A DNA stretch of 63,999 bases, filler included, from Candidatus Woesearchaeota archaeon (GTDB lineage: Archaea; Nanobdellota; Nanobdellia; Woesearchaeales; B72-G16): the NCBI GenBank assembly GCA_003650545.1. It is 3 parts of 3 records of this genome, joined end to end, with 100 filler letters (N's around TTAATTAATTAA, not from the genome) between each part and the next. Parts side by side here need not be neighbours in the genome. Positions count along the whole stretch, not along the records: positions 1 to 30,854 come from QMQO01000015.1; 2 more parts are not named here. One strand, 5' to 3'. Every line of letters begins with the position of its first letter. Within the stretch, counting starts at the first letter, position 1. Positions 1 to 10,501 of this stretch are shown piece after piece. The notes below the pieces were generated by a model. It was not told where the DNA came from. It was given only the letters and a program-made list of their open reading frames with translations, and did not search any database. Position numbers and translations under genes: made by a program.

Positions 1-172
1 AATATATACTATAAAATATATTTTATAGTTAAGAAAAATATATATAAAACCACTACATTTCTGTATATCAGGCCTGAATACCAAGATATTTAGGGGCAGA
101 TAGCCTAAATTTTCGTATTTTTTAAAGTCTTGGTAGCGAGAGCAATCATCACAAAAAAAGGGGTAGAGAAAA

Positions 173-1246
173 ATGGATTTCGTGATTCAAAATGCACTTA
201 AAAACACAGAAGATCAAAAATTAGAAGAGCTAGATACAAATCAAGCAAACATCAAAGTTATTGGCGCAGGTGGTGCTGGCAATAACATGGTTAATTGGCT
301 TTATAAAAAGGGGATTAAAGGCGCAGAAATAATCGCCTGTAACACAGACCAACAACACCTGAGCATCTCAGAAGCTGATCGCAAATTCTTAATTGGTAAG
401 GATCTAACTCGTGGTCTTGGCTGTGGCGGCTTTCCACAAAAGGGAGCTGAAGCAGCACAAGAAAGTATTCAGGAGATAAAAGAAGCTTTAAAAGATGCAG
501 ATATGGTATTTATCTGCGCAGGAATGGGAGGAGGCACAGGAACTGGTGCTTCACCAATTGTGGCTCAAGTTGCTAAGGACATGGGAGCAATTGTAATCGG
601 TACAGTAACAATGCCATTTAAGATTGAACGTGCAAGGATAGACAAAGCCGAGTTTGGCTTACAGCAATTGAGGCAAGTTTCTGATACAGTAATTGTTATA
701 GATAATAACAGATTAGTTAATATCGCTGGCAATCTGCCGGTACAACAGGCATTTGCCGTTGCAAATGAGTTAATATCTACAATGATTAAAGGCATAGTCG
801 AAACAATCGCTGTACCTAGCCTAGTTAACTTAGATTATGCTGATGTTAAAACGATCATGACTGATGGCGGTGTTGCAGCTATAGGAGTTGGAAGTTCTGA
901 TACTAACAATAGAGTAGAAGAAGCTGTGAAAGGTGCACTAAGCAACCCATTGTTAGATATCAGCTATGAAGGTGCAACAGGAGCCATCATCCATATTGCA
1001 GGAGGACCTGATTTAACCTTGGATGAAATCAATCGTGTAGGCGAGCTTGTAACAGAGAGTATGGACGATGACGCAAATGTTATCTGGGGTGCTCGCGTGG
1101 CTGAAAACATGAAAGGAAAGCTCACAGTTATGACTATAATAACTGGTGTCAAAAGTCCTTGGATACTTGGCAAGGTTGATCACAAGCGTGCAACTGCTCA
1201 GGCTCAGGCTTTAGGAGATGAGCTAGGTATCGAGGTTATAAGGTAA
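173..1246 (+). CDS. ftsZ: Cell division protein FtsZ
   Basis: IKVIGAGGAGNN and tubulin signature GMGGGTGTG; VNLDYADV T7 loop; 357 aa. Confidence 0.98.
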   Translation: MDFVIQNALKNTEDQKLEELDTNQANIKVIGAGGAGNNMVNWLYKKGIKGAEIIACNTDQQHLSISEADRKFLIGKDLTRGLGCGGFPQKGAEAAQESIQEIKEALKDADMVFICAGMGGGTGTGASPIVAQVAKDMGAIVIGTVTMPFKIERARIDKAEFGLQQLRQVSDTVIVIDNNRLVNIAGNLPVQQAFAVANELISTMIKGIVETIAVPSLVNLDYADVKTIMTDGGVAAIGVGSSDTNNRVEEAVKGALSNPLLDISYEGATGAIIHIAGGPDLTLDEINRVGELVTESMDDDANVIWGARVAENMKGKLTVMTIITGVKSPWILGKVDHKRATAQAQALGDELGIEVIR

Positions 1247-1263
1247 TGTTTTCTTTCCTTCTC

Positions 1264-1330
1264 GCCTTCATTTTACCACCCCCAACAAAAAAATGGAGGC
1301 ATTTTTTCTTTTTTTTCTTTTTCCTTTTCA
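1264..1330 (+). terminator. Hairpin plus T-tracts after ftsZ
   Basis: GCCTTCATTTT...AAAATGGAGGC inverted repeat followed by long T runs. Confidence 0.5.
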
Positions 1331-1474
1331 AGAATGTTTCTCCCAAGACTAAAATGATTTAGAATGACTAAAAATAGTTAGAATTTTAAATTAATTATTT
1401 AATAGATCAGTTATTTATTTAATAGATTAGTTATTAAATATTAAAAAAATATAAAAAATAATATCTCAAAAATA

Positions 1475-2875
1475 TCATTCAACAATCACACCATAACCAA
1501 TCAATCTGAATCTATTGCCGATTCTTCTGGAAATTGTAACTTTATCATCCTTGTCAGCACAAACTGGAATCTTTAGTACACACTTGAATACATCCTTCTT
1601 AATTTCCTTTACAACACCGACTGTTGCAGCGCTGTTCACATTCAACATCAACGGTTCCCCTATCTTAATTGGCTCTACAACTAAATCCTCCCTAGCTCCA
1701 ACAACACGCTCAAGCAGATAAGTCCTTAGTTTTAACTCATCCCATACAGGCGGTAGGTTGCCCTCAGTGCTCAACACATTTCCCGCAAGCTTATCCGATT
1801 TCACAACTGCAGGGTCTAAGCTTGTCAGTATCGCAAAAGAGCCACCAGGTGTAACTTCATCAACATCCTTGTTACCTGTTCTCAATGCAAGAATCTTTGT
1901 CTTTATAGGTTTCCATATTTTCTGGTTACGCTCTTCTACCATATGACCTGGTCTTAGCTCAACAGCCTCTCCATTTTTTAGCACACCCTGCTTAAGACTT
2001 CCCCCGAGTATCCCCCCTAACAATCTCTCAGGCATTGTTCCAGGTTTATTAATGTCAAAGCTTCTTGCAATCAACATTAATGGCTTCTTTGTAAAGTCGC
2101 GCTTAGGGGTTGGAATCACTTCTTGTACTGTCTTTATTAGAACATCGACATTTATATCATGCCTTGCTGAAACAGGAATTATTGGAGCATCAGCATAATT
2201 AGTCCCCTTTAGGAACTCTTTTATCTGGTTATAGTTCTTTAATGCGCCTCCTTCTGGTACAAGGTCTATCTTATTCTGTACAACTATCACATTTTTTATG
2301 TTAGCCATCTCTAGCGCCATAAGATGCTCTCTTGTCTGAGGTTGTGGACATTGTTCATTTGCTGCGATCAATAAGAGAGCACCATCCATTATTGTTGCTC
2401 CAGACAACATCGTCGCCATTAGACTCTCATGCCCTGGTGCATCAACAAAGCTAACCATTCTTAGTGGCTCTGTTTCTGATTTACATCTTGGGCATTTTTC
2501 GTTTGTGCAATAGCATTCGGGCTCTTTACATCTTGGGCATTTATAAAAAGTAGTATCAGCATAACCTAAACGGATTGTGATGCCTCTTTTTATTTCCTCA
2601 GAATGGGTGTCTGTCCATTTACCTGACAAACGTTCAGTTAAAGTTGTTTTGCCATGATCAACATGTCCGACTAAACCGATGTTGACTTCAGGTTGTAAAA
2701 TTTTTTTTGGTTTTGCTATTGTTTTTGCATTTGTTTTTGCGTTTATTTCTCCTTTTGTTGCCCCTTTCTTTCCACTAGAAACGACACCAGAAGACTTTAA
2801 TTTCTTAGCAATTTTTTTCTTCACTTTTTTGGCTTCATCAATACTTTCTTCTTTCTTTTTTTTCTTTTTTCCCAT
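1475..2875 (-). CDS. eif2g: Translation initiation factor 2 gamma subunit with Lys-rich N-terminal extension
   Basis: QPEVNIGLVGHVDHGKTT, RGITIRLGY, Zn-knuckle, DAPGHE, NKID, RFRLIGYG. Confidence 0.97.
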   Translation of the reverse strand: MGKKKKKKEESIDEAKKVKKKIAKKLKSSGVVSSGKKGATKGEINAKTNAKTIAKPKKILQPEVNIGLVGHVDHGKTTLTERLSGKWTDTHSEEIKRGITIRLGYADTTFYKCPRCKEPECYCTNEKCPRCKSETEPLRMVSFVDAPGHESLMATMLSGATIMDGALLLIAANEQCPQPQTREHLMALEMANIKNVIVVQNKIDLVPEGGALKNYNQIKEFLKGTNYADAPIIPVSARHDINVDVLIKTVQEVIPTPKRDFTKKPLMLIARSFDINKPGTMPERLLGGILGGSLKQGVLKNGEAVELRPGHMVEERNQKIWKPIKTKILALRTGNKDVDEVTPGGSFAILTSLDPAVVKSDKLAGNVLSTEGNLPPVWDELKLRTYLLERVVGAREDLVVEPIKIGEPLMLNVNSAATVGVVKEIKKDVFKCVLKIPVCADKDDKVTISRRIGNRFRLIGYGVIVE

Positions 2876-3047
2876 AAGATTCTATAGAAAACAAGTTTAT
2901 TTATAAAGGTTACTTTGTGGAAGCAGGATTAATTTAATGTTTAAAAGTCTATTTAGAGAAATTTAGAAAAATTAAAGATAACATTTCTTTTATCATTTCA
3001 AGGAAAAAACCAACTAAAAAGTAATATTTATCCCTCTTATTCTCTGC

Positions 3048-4226
3048 TTATTCCAAGCCTTTTGACTTGATTATTGGTTCGTATATTACTTGTGGAAAGA
3101 AAGCTGGAAATGCAGACAAAAATTGCCTTTTTTTATAGTTTTCATGTCTAACCTCTGGATTCGTCTTTCTTATCTCATCATCTTCTACAGTCATTATTTG
3201 CATCTCAACAGGATAAACCTCGTGAATCAATCTTCCTAATGGGTGTCCTGCAACATAAGCTCTTGGTAAAGGAATACGTAAAATAAACTTTGTGACACCA
3301 TATCCTAGACTTGAATTAGGATTTAGCTTAGTACGCGCTTTAATGTCTTTAAATTCTTCAACCTTGTCTGTTGCTTTAATCCTCCCTCTGATAAAACTTT
3401 CAAATTTTCTTTTGGCTTTGTCATTCTCAACTATGAACTCAACACCAACATAATCCTTTATTTGGTTCGGATATAATTTTTTATTGAACATTTTCATAAG
3501 AATTGATCCATATTTCAATTCGTCAGTTTCAAGATCCAAAATCTTAGTTCTTGAACTTATGGGGCTATTTGACCCATAGACTCTAACTCCTGCATCTGTT
3601 TGCCATGAATAAGGCAAACCATCTAAACCTGTTTCTTTACAGTCTCTAAACCGAAAAATATCTTCAACCCATTCTAAAATAGGCCCGTAATGCTCTAACG
3701 AATGTATAAGCTCAGGTGTTGTGTCAATCATCAGTATCCTATAGCCCAAACCAAAATTTCTGACTTTTGAGTAAGCTGAGAACATTAGCTCATGGTCAAT
3801 AGGTTTGTGCTTATTCTTGTGTTTTTTTTGTAATTTTTTAATGCTTTGCTTACCTTGTCTTGCTTCGATCCATTCTTCACGCGCAGATTTTAATAATTCA
3901 AAAAGATCTAATGTTGTACTGATTTTTGGGATTTCAAATATTTCTGCTTCTTGTTCTGTTAGGTGTTTATCGCAAAGGCTATTCAGGGCGTCTATACCTC
4001 TGTTTGCAGCCTTTGTGAATTCGTTCTGTATAACATCGAGATCATATCTAGAAAAGAAAACATTTCTAATCTGCGTAACAAAATAATCTCTCTCGTTATT
4101 CTCAATTGCTTCTCTGACAGATTTAAAACGTAAAAACCTACAGCCAGGATCAAAATAAAAATACATATCCCAGACTCCTGAAAGGTCCAGTTTACTTTGG
4201 TTGTACAATTTTTCTACAATCCCCAT
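3048..4226 (-). CDS. RelA/SpoT-synthetase-like nucleotidyltransferase (TIGR04552/TIGR04562-like)
   Basis: C-terminal motifs IKDYVGVEFIV, NPNSSLGY, VEMQIMT and RHENYKKRQ occur in the order of the RelA/SpoT SYNTH motifs. Confidence 0.6.
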   Translation of the reverse strand: MGIVEKLYNQSKLDLSGVWDMYFYFDPGCRFLRFKSVREAIENNERDYFVTQIRNVFFSRYDLDVIQNEFTKAANRGIDALNSLCDKHLTEQEAEIFEIPKISTTLDLFELLKSAREEWIEARQGKQSIKKLQKKHKNKHKPIDHELMFSAYSKVRNFGLGYRILMIDTTPELIHSLEHYGPILEWVEDIFRFRDCKETGLDGLPYSWQTDAGVRVYGSNSPISSRTKILDLETDELKYGSILMKMFNKKLYPNQIKDYVGVEFIVENDKAKRKFESFIRGRIKATDKVEEFKDIKARTKLNPNSSLGYGVTKFILRIPLPRAYVAGHPLGRLIHEVYPVEMQIMTVEDDEIRKTNPEVRHENYKKRQFLSAFPAFFPQVIYEPIIKSKGLE

Positions 4227-4309
4227 ATAAAAAACACCTAAATTCGGATTTATAAAAATTTCTCTGAATTTAATTATATTAGTAGAATTACACCTTTTTT
4301 TTAACTTAA

Positions 4310-4789
4310 TTATTCCTCTTTTGGTTTTGTTTCGTTTTTTTCCTTAACAATTTCATCTTCAGTTTCTTTTTTCTTTTCTTCTTTTTGTGTTTCCTCAAAC
4401 AACGGCTGTTTCCCTTTTTTTACAATCTTAACATTAATCTGAGCTGTATCTGAACTGATTGTATTGCCTCTTACTGACTTGCGCTGCTTTATGCCTCGAA
4501 ACTTTCTAATCTTTTTTTTCTTGTTTCGCTTTGTCATCCTATGAATGCCCGTTCCCTTAACAGCAAGAATCTTTTTTCTGGCTGTTCCTGGCAAATCTTT
4601 TCTCATTGGAAAACCTGCTTTGTCAGAGCCGCCAGTTATTTCGAATTCATAACCAGTCATGTCAATTACTTCTCCTTTCACAACCATACCGATCTTTCTT
4701 CCAACAAAAGGCCTAGATTGATCATCTGTTAACTCCAACTGTTTACTTCTCTTTGTTTCTGGATCGCTTATGTTTAGTTTGAATGCCAT
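4310..4789 (-). CDS. rps6e: 30S ribosomal protein S6e
   Basis: FKLNISDP, GYEFEITGGSDKAGFPMR, RKSVRGN, AQINVKI. Confidence 0.97.
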   Translation of the reverse strand: MAFKLNISDPETKRSKQLELTDDQSRPFVGRKIGMVVKGEVIDMTGYEFEITGGSDKAGFPMRKDLPGTARKKILAVKGTGIHRMTKRNKKKKIRKFRGIKQRKSVRGNTISSDTAQINVKIVKKGKQPLFEETQKEEKKKETEDEIVKEKNETKPKEE

Positions 4790-5071
4790 TTTAGCTGCTA
4801 TATATTTTAGATGTATTAAAGAATTTTGGTTTATTTATAAAGATTCCGGACTACATTCATGGCTAAAGTTTAATAAAAAGAAAAACAAAGCTAAAAGACT
4901 ACTAGAACCTTTTATTTACTAGATTAACTTAATCACTAGATTAACATATCTATATTGACTTAAAATTAGAATTTTTAATAAAATTAGAATTCGCACTAAA
5001 AATCACCCTACAATATAAACCTACAATATAAAAATAAGCATGCGAGAGAGATTGAAGCACTTTTGAAAAAA

Positions 5072-5434
5072 TTACCATTGTGTGGCGCCATAGATAAATG
5101 TTAATAGACCAACAATAATAATCACAATCGGATAAATCATTGCCTGTGTTAGTATAGATAGAACAGGTAAAAAGTTTGTTATTAGGGGTAAAACTCCACC
5201 AAAAATAGTCATTAATGCAAGAATAACCATCACAAATTTCTGAAAGCCAAACAGATCATAGCTCACAAAACCATAAATCATCCCTAACATTCCTATGCCA
5301 ACAACAATTGCAGTATAAGGAATACCACTTACGATTGTCACAGGTATAGCTACAACATACCTTGCTAATAATGGCAATATCCCTGCAAGAATGACAAGCA
5401 ATCCAATAAGAGTCATAGCCAGCTTAACCATCAA
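5072..5434 (-). CDS. Small membrane protein (about 4 TM, two similar halves)
   Basis: Four hydrophobic segments; GILPL and GVLPL repeated; GGTGA SD upstream. Confidence 0.75.
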   Translation of the reverse strand: MMVKLAMTLIGLLVILAGILPLLARYVVAIPVTIVSGIPYTAIVVGIGMLGMIYGFVSYDLFGFQKFVMVILALMTIFGGVLPLITNFLPVLSILTQAMIYPIVIIIVGLLTFIYGATQW

Positions 5435-5624
5435 ATCACCTTTTAAGTAACATTTATCAGGATGTTATTTTCATATATAAAGCTTTTTATTATTATCAAC
5501 ATAATATTACCATCATACCAACACCAATCCCATAAAAAGTTGTTCCATTACAGTAGTAAAAATAGAAAGATATATAAATAACCTAGTTCTTATTAGTTCT
5601 TATTACTACAAGAGGGATTAAAAA

Positions 5625-6269
5625 ATGCCACTTTTGACTAAGAAAGATCTAACTAAAATTGGAAAAAGTTTAGGAATACATCCTTCAACAATTGAGTACT
5701 GTAGAAACAACCCTAAGTCAGTTGAAGCTGCAAGACGTGAATTTAAAAGAGCTGGATATCTAAAGAAAATTGATGATAAAAAACCATTGAGGACAGGTTT
5801 TAGGCAAGCTATCTATAATGCTGCATTGAAATTCTCAAGAACAGGAAAATCTGAGTATCTTACAGATCTAAAAAAAGAATACAGCAGAAACCCTGCATTC
5901 ACAACATACCTAGATATGGCTTTTTCTCTTGCTTCAAAGGTTTCTCTAGGTGGTATTAAGAACATTCCACACAATGGCACATCAAAAACAAATTTGCAGA
6001 ACACAGAAGATTATCTTGCAAGCATGTTAACTTACCTCGCCATAACCGATCAAAAAGAATCACTAAATGGTGAATTAGGTGAACTACAAAGATCGATGCT
6101 CATAATAAATGATCATGTAAACTTCTCTTCAAATGCTGTAAAGGGTGGGGAACGCTTGGAAGATCGCCTGCCAAATGATTTTAAACGTGCTATTGCAAGT
6201 ATGAGAGCGGTTGCGAAGAATGGTTCTATTAGAAAACCAACATTATACAACAAAGTTTTGTGGAACTAA
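5625..6269 (+). CDS. Hypothetical protein
   Basis: 214-aa ORF with GAGGG SD and upstream TATA-like element. Confidence 0.75.
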   Translation: MPLLTKKDLTKIGKSLGIHPSTIEYCRNNPKSVEAARREFKRAGYLKKIDDKKPLRTGFRQAIYNAALKFSRTGKSEYLTDLKKEYSRNPAFTTYLDMAFSLASKVSLGGIKNIPHNGTSKTNLQNTEDYLASMLTYLAITDQKESLNGELGELQRSMLIINDHVNFSSNAVKGGERLEDRLPNDFKRAIASMRAVAKNGSIRKPTLYNKVLWN

Positions 6270-6337
6270 ATAACTAAAGAACTAAAGAACTAAAGAAGAA
6301 CTAAACATTTTTAAACGTCTTTGATTTTTGTTATAAA

Positions 6338-6646
6338 ATGAGAGAAACTTATAATCAGAATAATAAAATAACCAAAGATAAGCTGAACAAATACTTTGAT
6401 GTAACAAGTAGAGCTTTAAAGAAAATTAAACTTAACAATAATGCTAATATCGATGTAAAAGGTGCTGCTACAGATTTCTTAGATATGGCCAGACGTTATT
6501 TCGAAGACGCTCATTATTTTAAAGAAAAAGGAGATATTGTTACTGCGTTTGCAGCTATTAACTATGCACATGGTTGGCTCGATGCTGGCGCTAGACTCAA
6601 ACTATTTGATGTTGGAAAGGATAATGTTTTATTTACAATAGATTAA
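6338..6646 (+). CDS. DUF357 domain protein
   Basis: MARRYFEDAHYF...TAFAAINYAHGWLDAGARL pattern. Confidence 0.88.
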   Translation: MRETYNQNNKITKDKLNKYFDVTSRALKKIKLNNNANIDVKGAATDFLDMARRYFEDAHYFKEKGDIVTAFAAINYAHGWLDAGARLKLFDVGKDNVLFTID

Positions 6647-6665
6647 AATTAAATATTAAAATTTA

Positions 6666-8507
6666 TTACTCATAGCTTCTTCCACTTTTTCTTACAAAGA
6701 AATTCAACAAAGCACGATTCTGCAGTAGCATCCCTTCTTCATAGGGGTGACAACCATCTGTACAAGCAGAGCAGATTTGATTTGATTTCACAATCCTACG
6801 CAAGTTCTCATACGGTTGATATGAAACAGAATCAGCTCCAATCATCTCTGCTATTTTAACTTCAACATCCTCAACACAGAACAAGTTATAAAATTTTTGT
6901 GCAACATTAACTGGTCTACCATTCTCAACAGCGTCCCTGCACTCAAAATAGACTTCATCTATTTTATCCCACATTCTTCTTTCTTTACAAAGCTCAACAA
7001 CAGCTTTGAAGTAACCAAACTCACCAAATGTGGAAATATCTATTGCGTAGAAACAAGGGTACCTAACAGGAGGATAGCCAAGAGCAACATGAACAGATCT
7101 AGCACCCGCCCACTTTAGTATAGGAATCAGGACATTCTTCAATGTGTTACTTCTGACCATGCTGTCTTCATAAATTATTATGTCTTTGTCTCTTATAATG
7201 TCGTGGACAGCATCGAATTTTGTCAAAACAGCTTCTTTTCTTTCCTCATTTGTTGCACCAATAAATGTTCTCTCTACAAAATCATCTTTATCTAAAACCT
7301 CATCATAACACAGATTAGTATTTCCAGTTAACCTTCTTAGTTCTTTTGCACCCCCAATGCCATATGGTCTAGATGAGTTTGGCGCACACGTCACAATCAC
7401 ATTATTCCAATCAATTTTACCGTTTAACTTATCGTAAAGCTTTCTTGCAAGAAACATACCAGCACGCCTCCTTATTCTATAGTTAGATACCCGCCCAAAT
7501 ATGTTTGATACAGGCCTCGCAAAATAGATATGGCTAAAGATACAGTTCCACAGCTTTTCACTTGGTTTCTTGTATTGTTTAATTGCCTTATATGTTCCAT
7601 CAGGTCTAATCTGAAGTATTTCGGCAGCACCAAATTCTTTAATTTTATCAGGCTCAATATGGAAAGCACTTGTTATCGGCCTTGGTTCAGAAGCGGTTAC
7701 AATTATCTCATCATCAATATAATAACACAAAGGTCTAATCTTTTTATCATCTGTTGCAGCAAAACCAGCCCCATTTCTGTAAGCAGCTACAACATTAAAC
7801 GCACCCTTCCATCTTGCACTAGCGTTTCTAAATATCCTTGAAAAGCTAAGATTATTGAAAATCTCAAATGGATTTAAACCAAGTTTAACAATTTCAGATA
7901 TTCTTTTTATCCCCATACGCTTCAGGTGATATCTATGCTCTTCACTACCAAAGAATCTAATATCGCTAGCAATCCTTTCTATGTCCGAACTAGTTGTCGG
8001 GCTATATCCCAACTTTTCTAATCTTTCTATATGTTCTTCATTGTTGATAAAATTACTATTACTTGCAACTGCAACATGTTTAGATGGTCGCTCATGTGCT
8101 TTCTCATGCGGATGCGCATTTCTGATGTCAGGTCGACTGAACGTGGTATACCAATTGTGACCTATCATCAGATCGGCATTCAGATCATAACCTTTTTCAA
8201 GATCTTTCTGTATTTTTTCAAAGAGTGTATCTAAACTACCTGTTGTATGATACGTGTACATTTTATAATCATTTTTATCAGGATATCTCACAACTAACGT
8301 CAACCCCATGCCCTGTTGGCCTCGATGCCTCTGCTTCATCAGCATTACCTTTGCTTTCTTTAAAAGATAATTTTCCCCATAATGATCTATAGATTTCCTA
8401 AGTTTCACAAGAAATACTCCGCAAGATTCGTGTATTTCGTCTTCTAAATCATTTGAACCAACAGAATTTAAAATGTCCTCTAAAATCGATCTGTCCTTCA
8501 GAGTCAT
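6666..8507 (-). CDS. purF: Amidophosphoribosyltransferase-like protein (long form)
   Basis: Propeptide then HESCG, QRHRGQQG, RPL, CIFSHIYFARP, EDSMVRSNT PRPP motif, YPCFYAID, CSAC. Confidence 0.85.
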   Translation of the reverse strand: MTLKDRSILEDILNSVGSNDLEDEIHESCGVFLVKLRKSIDHYGENYLLKKAKVMLMKQRHRGQQGMGLTLVVRYPDKNDYKMYTYHTTGSLDTLFEKIQKDLEKGYDLNADLMIGHNWYTTFSRPDIRNAHPHEKAHERPSKHVAVASNSNFINNEEHIERLEKLGYSPTTSSDIERIASDIRFFGSEEHRYHLKRMGIKRISEIVKLGLNPFEIFNNLSFSRIFRNASARWKGAFNVVAAYRNGAGFAATDDKKIRPLCYYIDDEIIVTASEPRPITSAFHIEPDKIKEFGAAEILQIRPDGTYKAIKQYKKPSEKLWNCIFSHIYFARPVSNIFGRVSNYRIRRRAGMFLARKLYDKLNGKIDWNNVIVTCAPNSSRPYGIGGAKELRRLTGNTNLCYDEVLDKDDFVERTFIGATNEERKEAVLTKFDAVHDIIRDKDIIIYEDSMVRSNTLKNVLIPILKWAGARSVHVALGYPPVRYPCFYAIDISTFGEFGYFKAVVELCKERRMWDKIDEVYFECRDAVENGRPVNVAQKFYNLFCVEDVEVKIAEMIGADSVSYQPYENLRRIVKSNQICSACTDGCHPYEEGMLLQNRALLNFFVRKSGRSYE

Positions 8508-8658
8508 AGTTGGGAGTTAATATCTTCTCCTTATAAGTTTTTACAATTTATCTCAAAATATTATCTCAAAATATCTCAAAACTCATAATTTTAACCACCA
8601 ATAGATATCAAAAACAAATATCAAAAGTTATATTAATAACCAACAATCTTATCTAGCT

Positions 8659-9285
8659 ATGAGACTTCATAAGACTCGTGTTATATATCATCAAGGCAAA
8701 TTTGTCAGTGAACCTTACAAAGAATTAAAAGACATCCTAAAAGCATATGGTGCAATCTCACTTGCATTTGCTATTGTACTCACAAGACAATTTGTTTTAA
8801 TACCCTTCCTTATCAACCTAGGAATGTCAGCTCTAACAGTTGGCGTTGGCTTTGTATTTCATGAGCTCGCTCACCGCACCTTAGCTCGAAGATTTAAGTG
8901 CAGGGCTGAATTTCGTTCTTTTGATTATATGCTTGTCTTCGCAATAATCATCTCGTTCCTTGGCTTTGTATTTGCAGCTCCAGGAGCTGTCTTTATCTCT
9001 GGGGATGTGGACAAAAGAAAAAATGGCATTATATCCTTATCAGGTCCTCTTACAAATTTAGTCTTAGCTTTATTATTTTTCATTCCTTTATTTTTCGTGT
9101 CAAAAGAAAGATTCTTGTTTACATTTCTGAGTTATGGCTTTATTATCAACACATGGCTTGGTGTTTTCAACTTGATTCCTGTTGCAAACTTTGATGGTAA
9201 GAAGATTTTTTCATGGAGCAAAGTAGCTTGGACTATAACTTTGGTGTTCGGTATAACCTTGTTTATTGGAAGGATCTTTATTTAA
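8659..9285 (+). CDS. Site-2 (M50) membrane metalloprotease
   Basis: FHELAH and FNLIPVANFDG motifs, several TM segments. Confidence 0.92.
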   Translation: MRLHKTRVIYHQGKFVSEPYKELKDILKAYGAISLAFAIVLTRQFVLIPFLINLGMSALTVGVGFVFHELAHRTLARRFKCRAEFRSFDYMLVFAIIISFLGFVFAAPGAVFISGDVDKRKNGIISLSGPLTNLVLALLFFIPLFFVSKERFLFTFLSYGFIINTWLGVFNLIPVANFDGKKIFSWSKVAWTITLVFGITLFIGRIFI

Positions 9286-9323
9286 GAAAAAAAATCTTCA
9301 AATCTTCTAATCATCTATTATTT

Positions 9324-10388
9324 TTAAGGGCACATATTGTGCCAAGCAGCTATCGCAGCTCTTCTGTTATCGTATTTGTTTTTGTTCGCAAACAACCATT
9401 TGTTCTTTGCTTGCTCACTACAATCTTTTTTTGCACCAGTGTTGTCCACATTTTTCGTTTTACTTGCTTCTTTTCCTTCATCTATATTCTGCCCATCGTT
9501 CAGATCACTAAGTGATAAATTGCTCTGATAAGAATTTAATAAGGATGTAAAATTGTTCATGACTGAAATTTTCCAGGTTTTTAGCGTCGTCGCATATTCT
9601 TTTGACTTTTCATAATCAATCTCATTAAATATATCAATAAAATCATCAATAGGCTTTAGGTCATTTGCAAGTATGTTATATGCGCCAGGGAAATCAGTAT
9701 TGTATTTGGCTGCAATGTAGCTTGCGCACGTCTCTGCTTGTGGGTATGTGTGCCTATCAAGCTTTGCATCATATAAAATTTTAGCCCAGACTTTTGGATC
9801 CTTTGAACAGTATCTAGTCATTTCTGCTAACTTTGCCATGTTTTCTGAATATTGCAGCCTGACGTCTACGTCTATCTCTGATTCCCTGATGTCTTCTTCT
9901 TCTGCTTGATCTGCTTTTTGAGTTTGCATTTGTATTCGATCAATTTTTGCCGCTTGAAATCTAGTCGCTAGGTCTTCAGAGCAAATATTTGCATTGAGAG
10001 AATAGTTATCCCACAGAACATTTGCTTTTTGAAATGTATCTTCTAGATTTTTTTGTAAATCAACACAAGCATCGCTATTACAATCTGGAGCATTCTTTAA
10101 TTCAGATTCGTATTCCTCATTTAGTTTATCATACTTAGCTAGAATTTTTTCTACATCATTGCAATGTTCTTTTCTATACATTTTAGGTTCGTACTTTTTA
10201 TTATTAATAAAGCCCAATCTTTCAGCGCTATAATAAAAAAGCGTGGATGCAACTCCTGCTAAAGCTACAGCTGCAATGATTGTTCCAGGTATCAAAATCT
10301 TCCTTACCAAGTTATTTTTAGGCTGTTCTTTAGGGTTGTTATTCAAGTCGTCTTCTGTCATTATCATAAACACCTCATCACAAGCCAC
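9324..10388 (-). CDS. Membrane-anchored Cys-containing hypothetical protein
   Basis: N-terminal TM segment, helical Cys-paired body; shares a motif with the next gene. Confidence 0.75.
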   Translation of the reverse strand: MACDEVFMIMTEDDLNNNPKEQPKNNLVRKILIPGTIIAAVALAGVASTLFYYSAERLGFINNKKYEPKMYRKEHCNDVEKILAKYDKLNEEYESELKNAPDCNSDACVDLQKNLEDTFQKANVLWDNYSLNANICSEDLATRFQAAKIDRIQMQTQKADQAEEEDIRESEIDVDVRLQYSENMAKLAEMTRYCSKDPKVWAKILYDAKLDRHTYPQAETCASYIAAKYNTDFPGAYNILANDLKPIDDFIDIFNEIDYEKSKEYATTLKTWKISVMNNFTSLLNSYQSNLSLSDLNDGQNIDEGKEASKTKNVDNTGAKKDCSEQAKNKWLFANKNKYDNRRAAIAAWHNMCP

Positions 10389-10501
10389 TAAAAAAGGGAA
10401 AAGGGCAATTTTTTATAATCTTTTTATTGTAACTTTATAAATTTGTAGTGATTATTGTTTTTAATGTTACTATTGTTTAAATATTGTTTTAATGTTACTA
10501 A

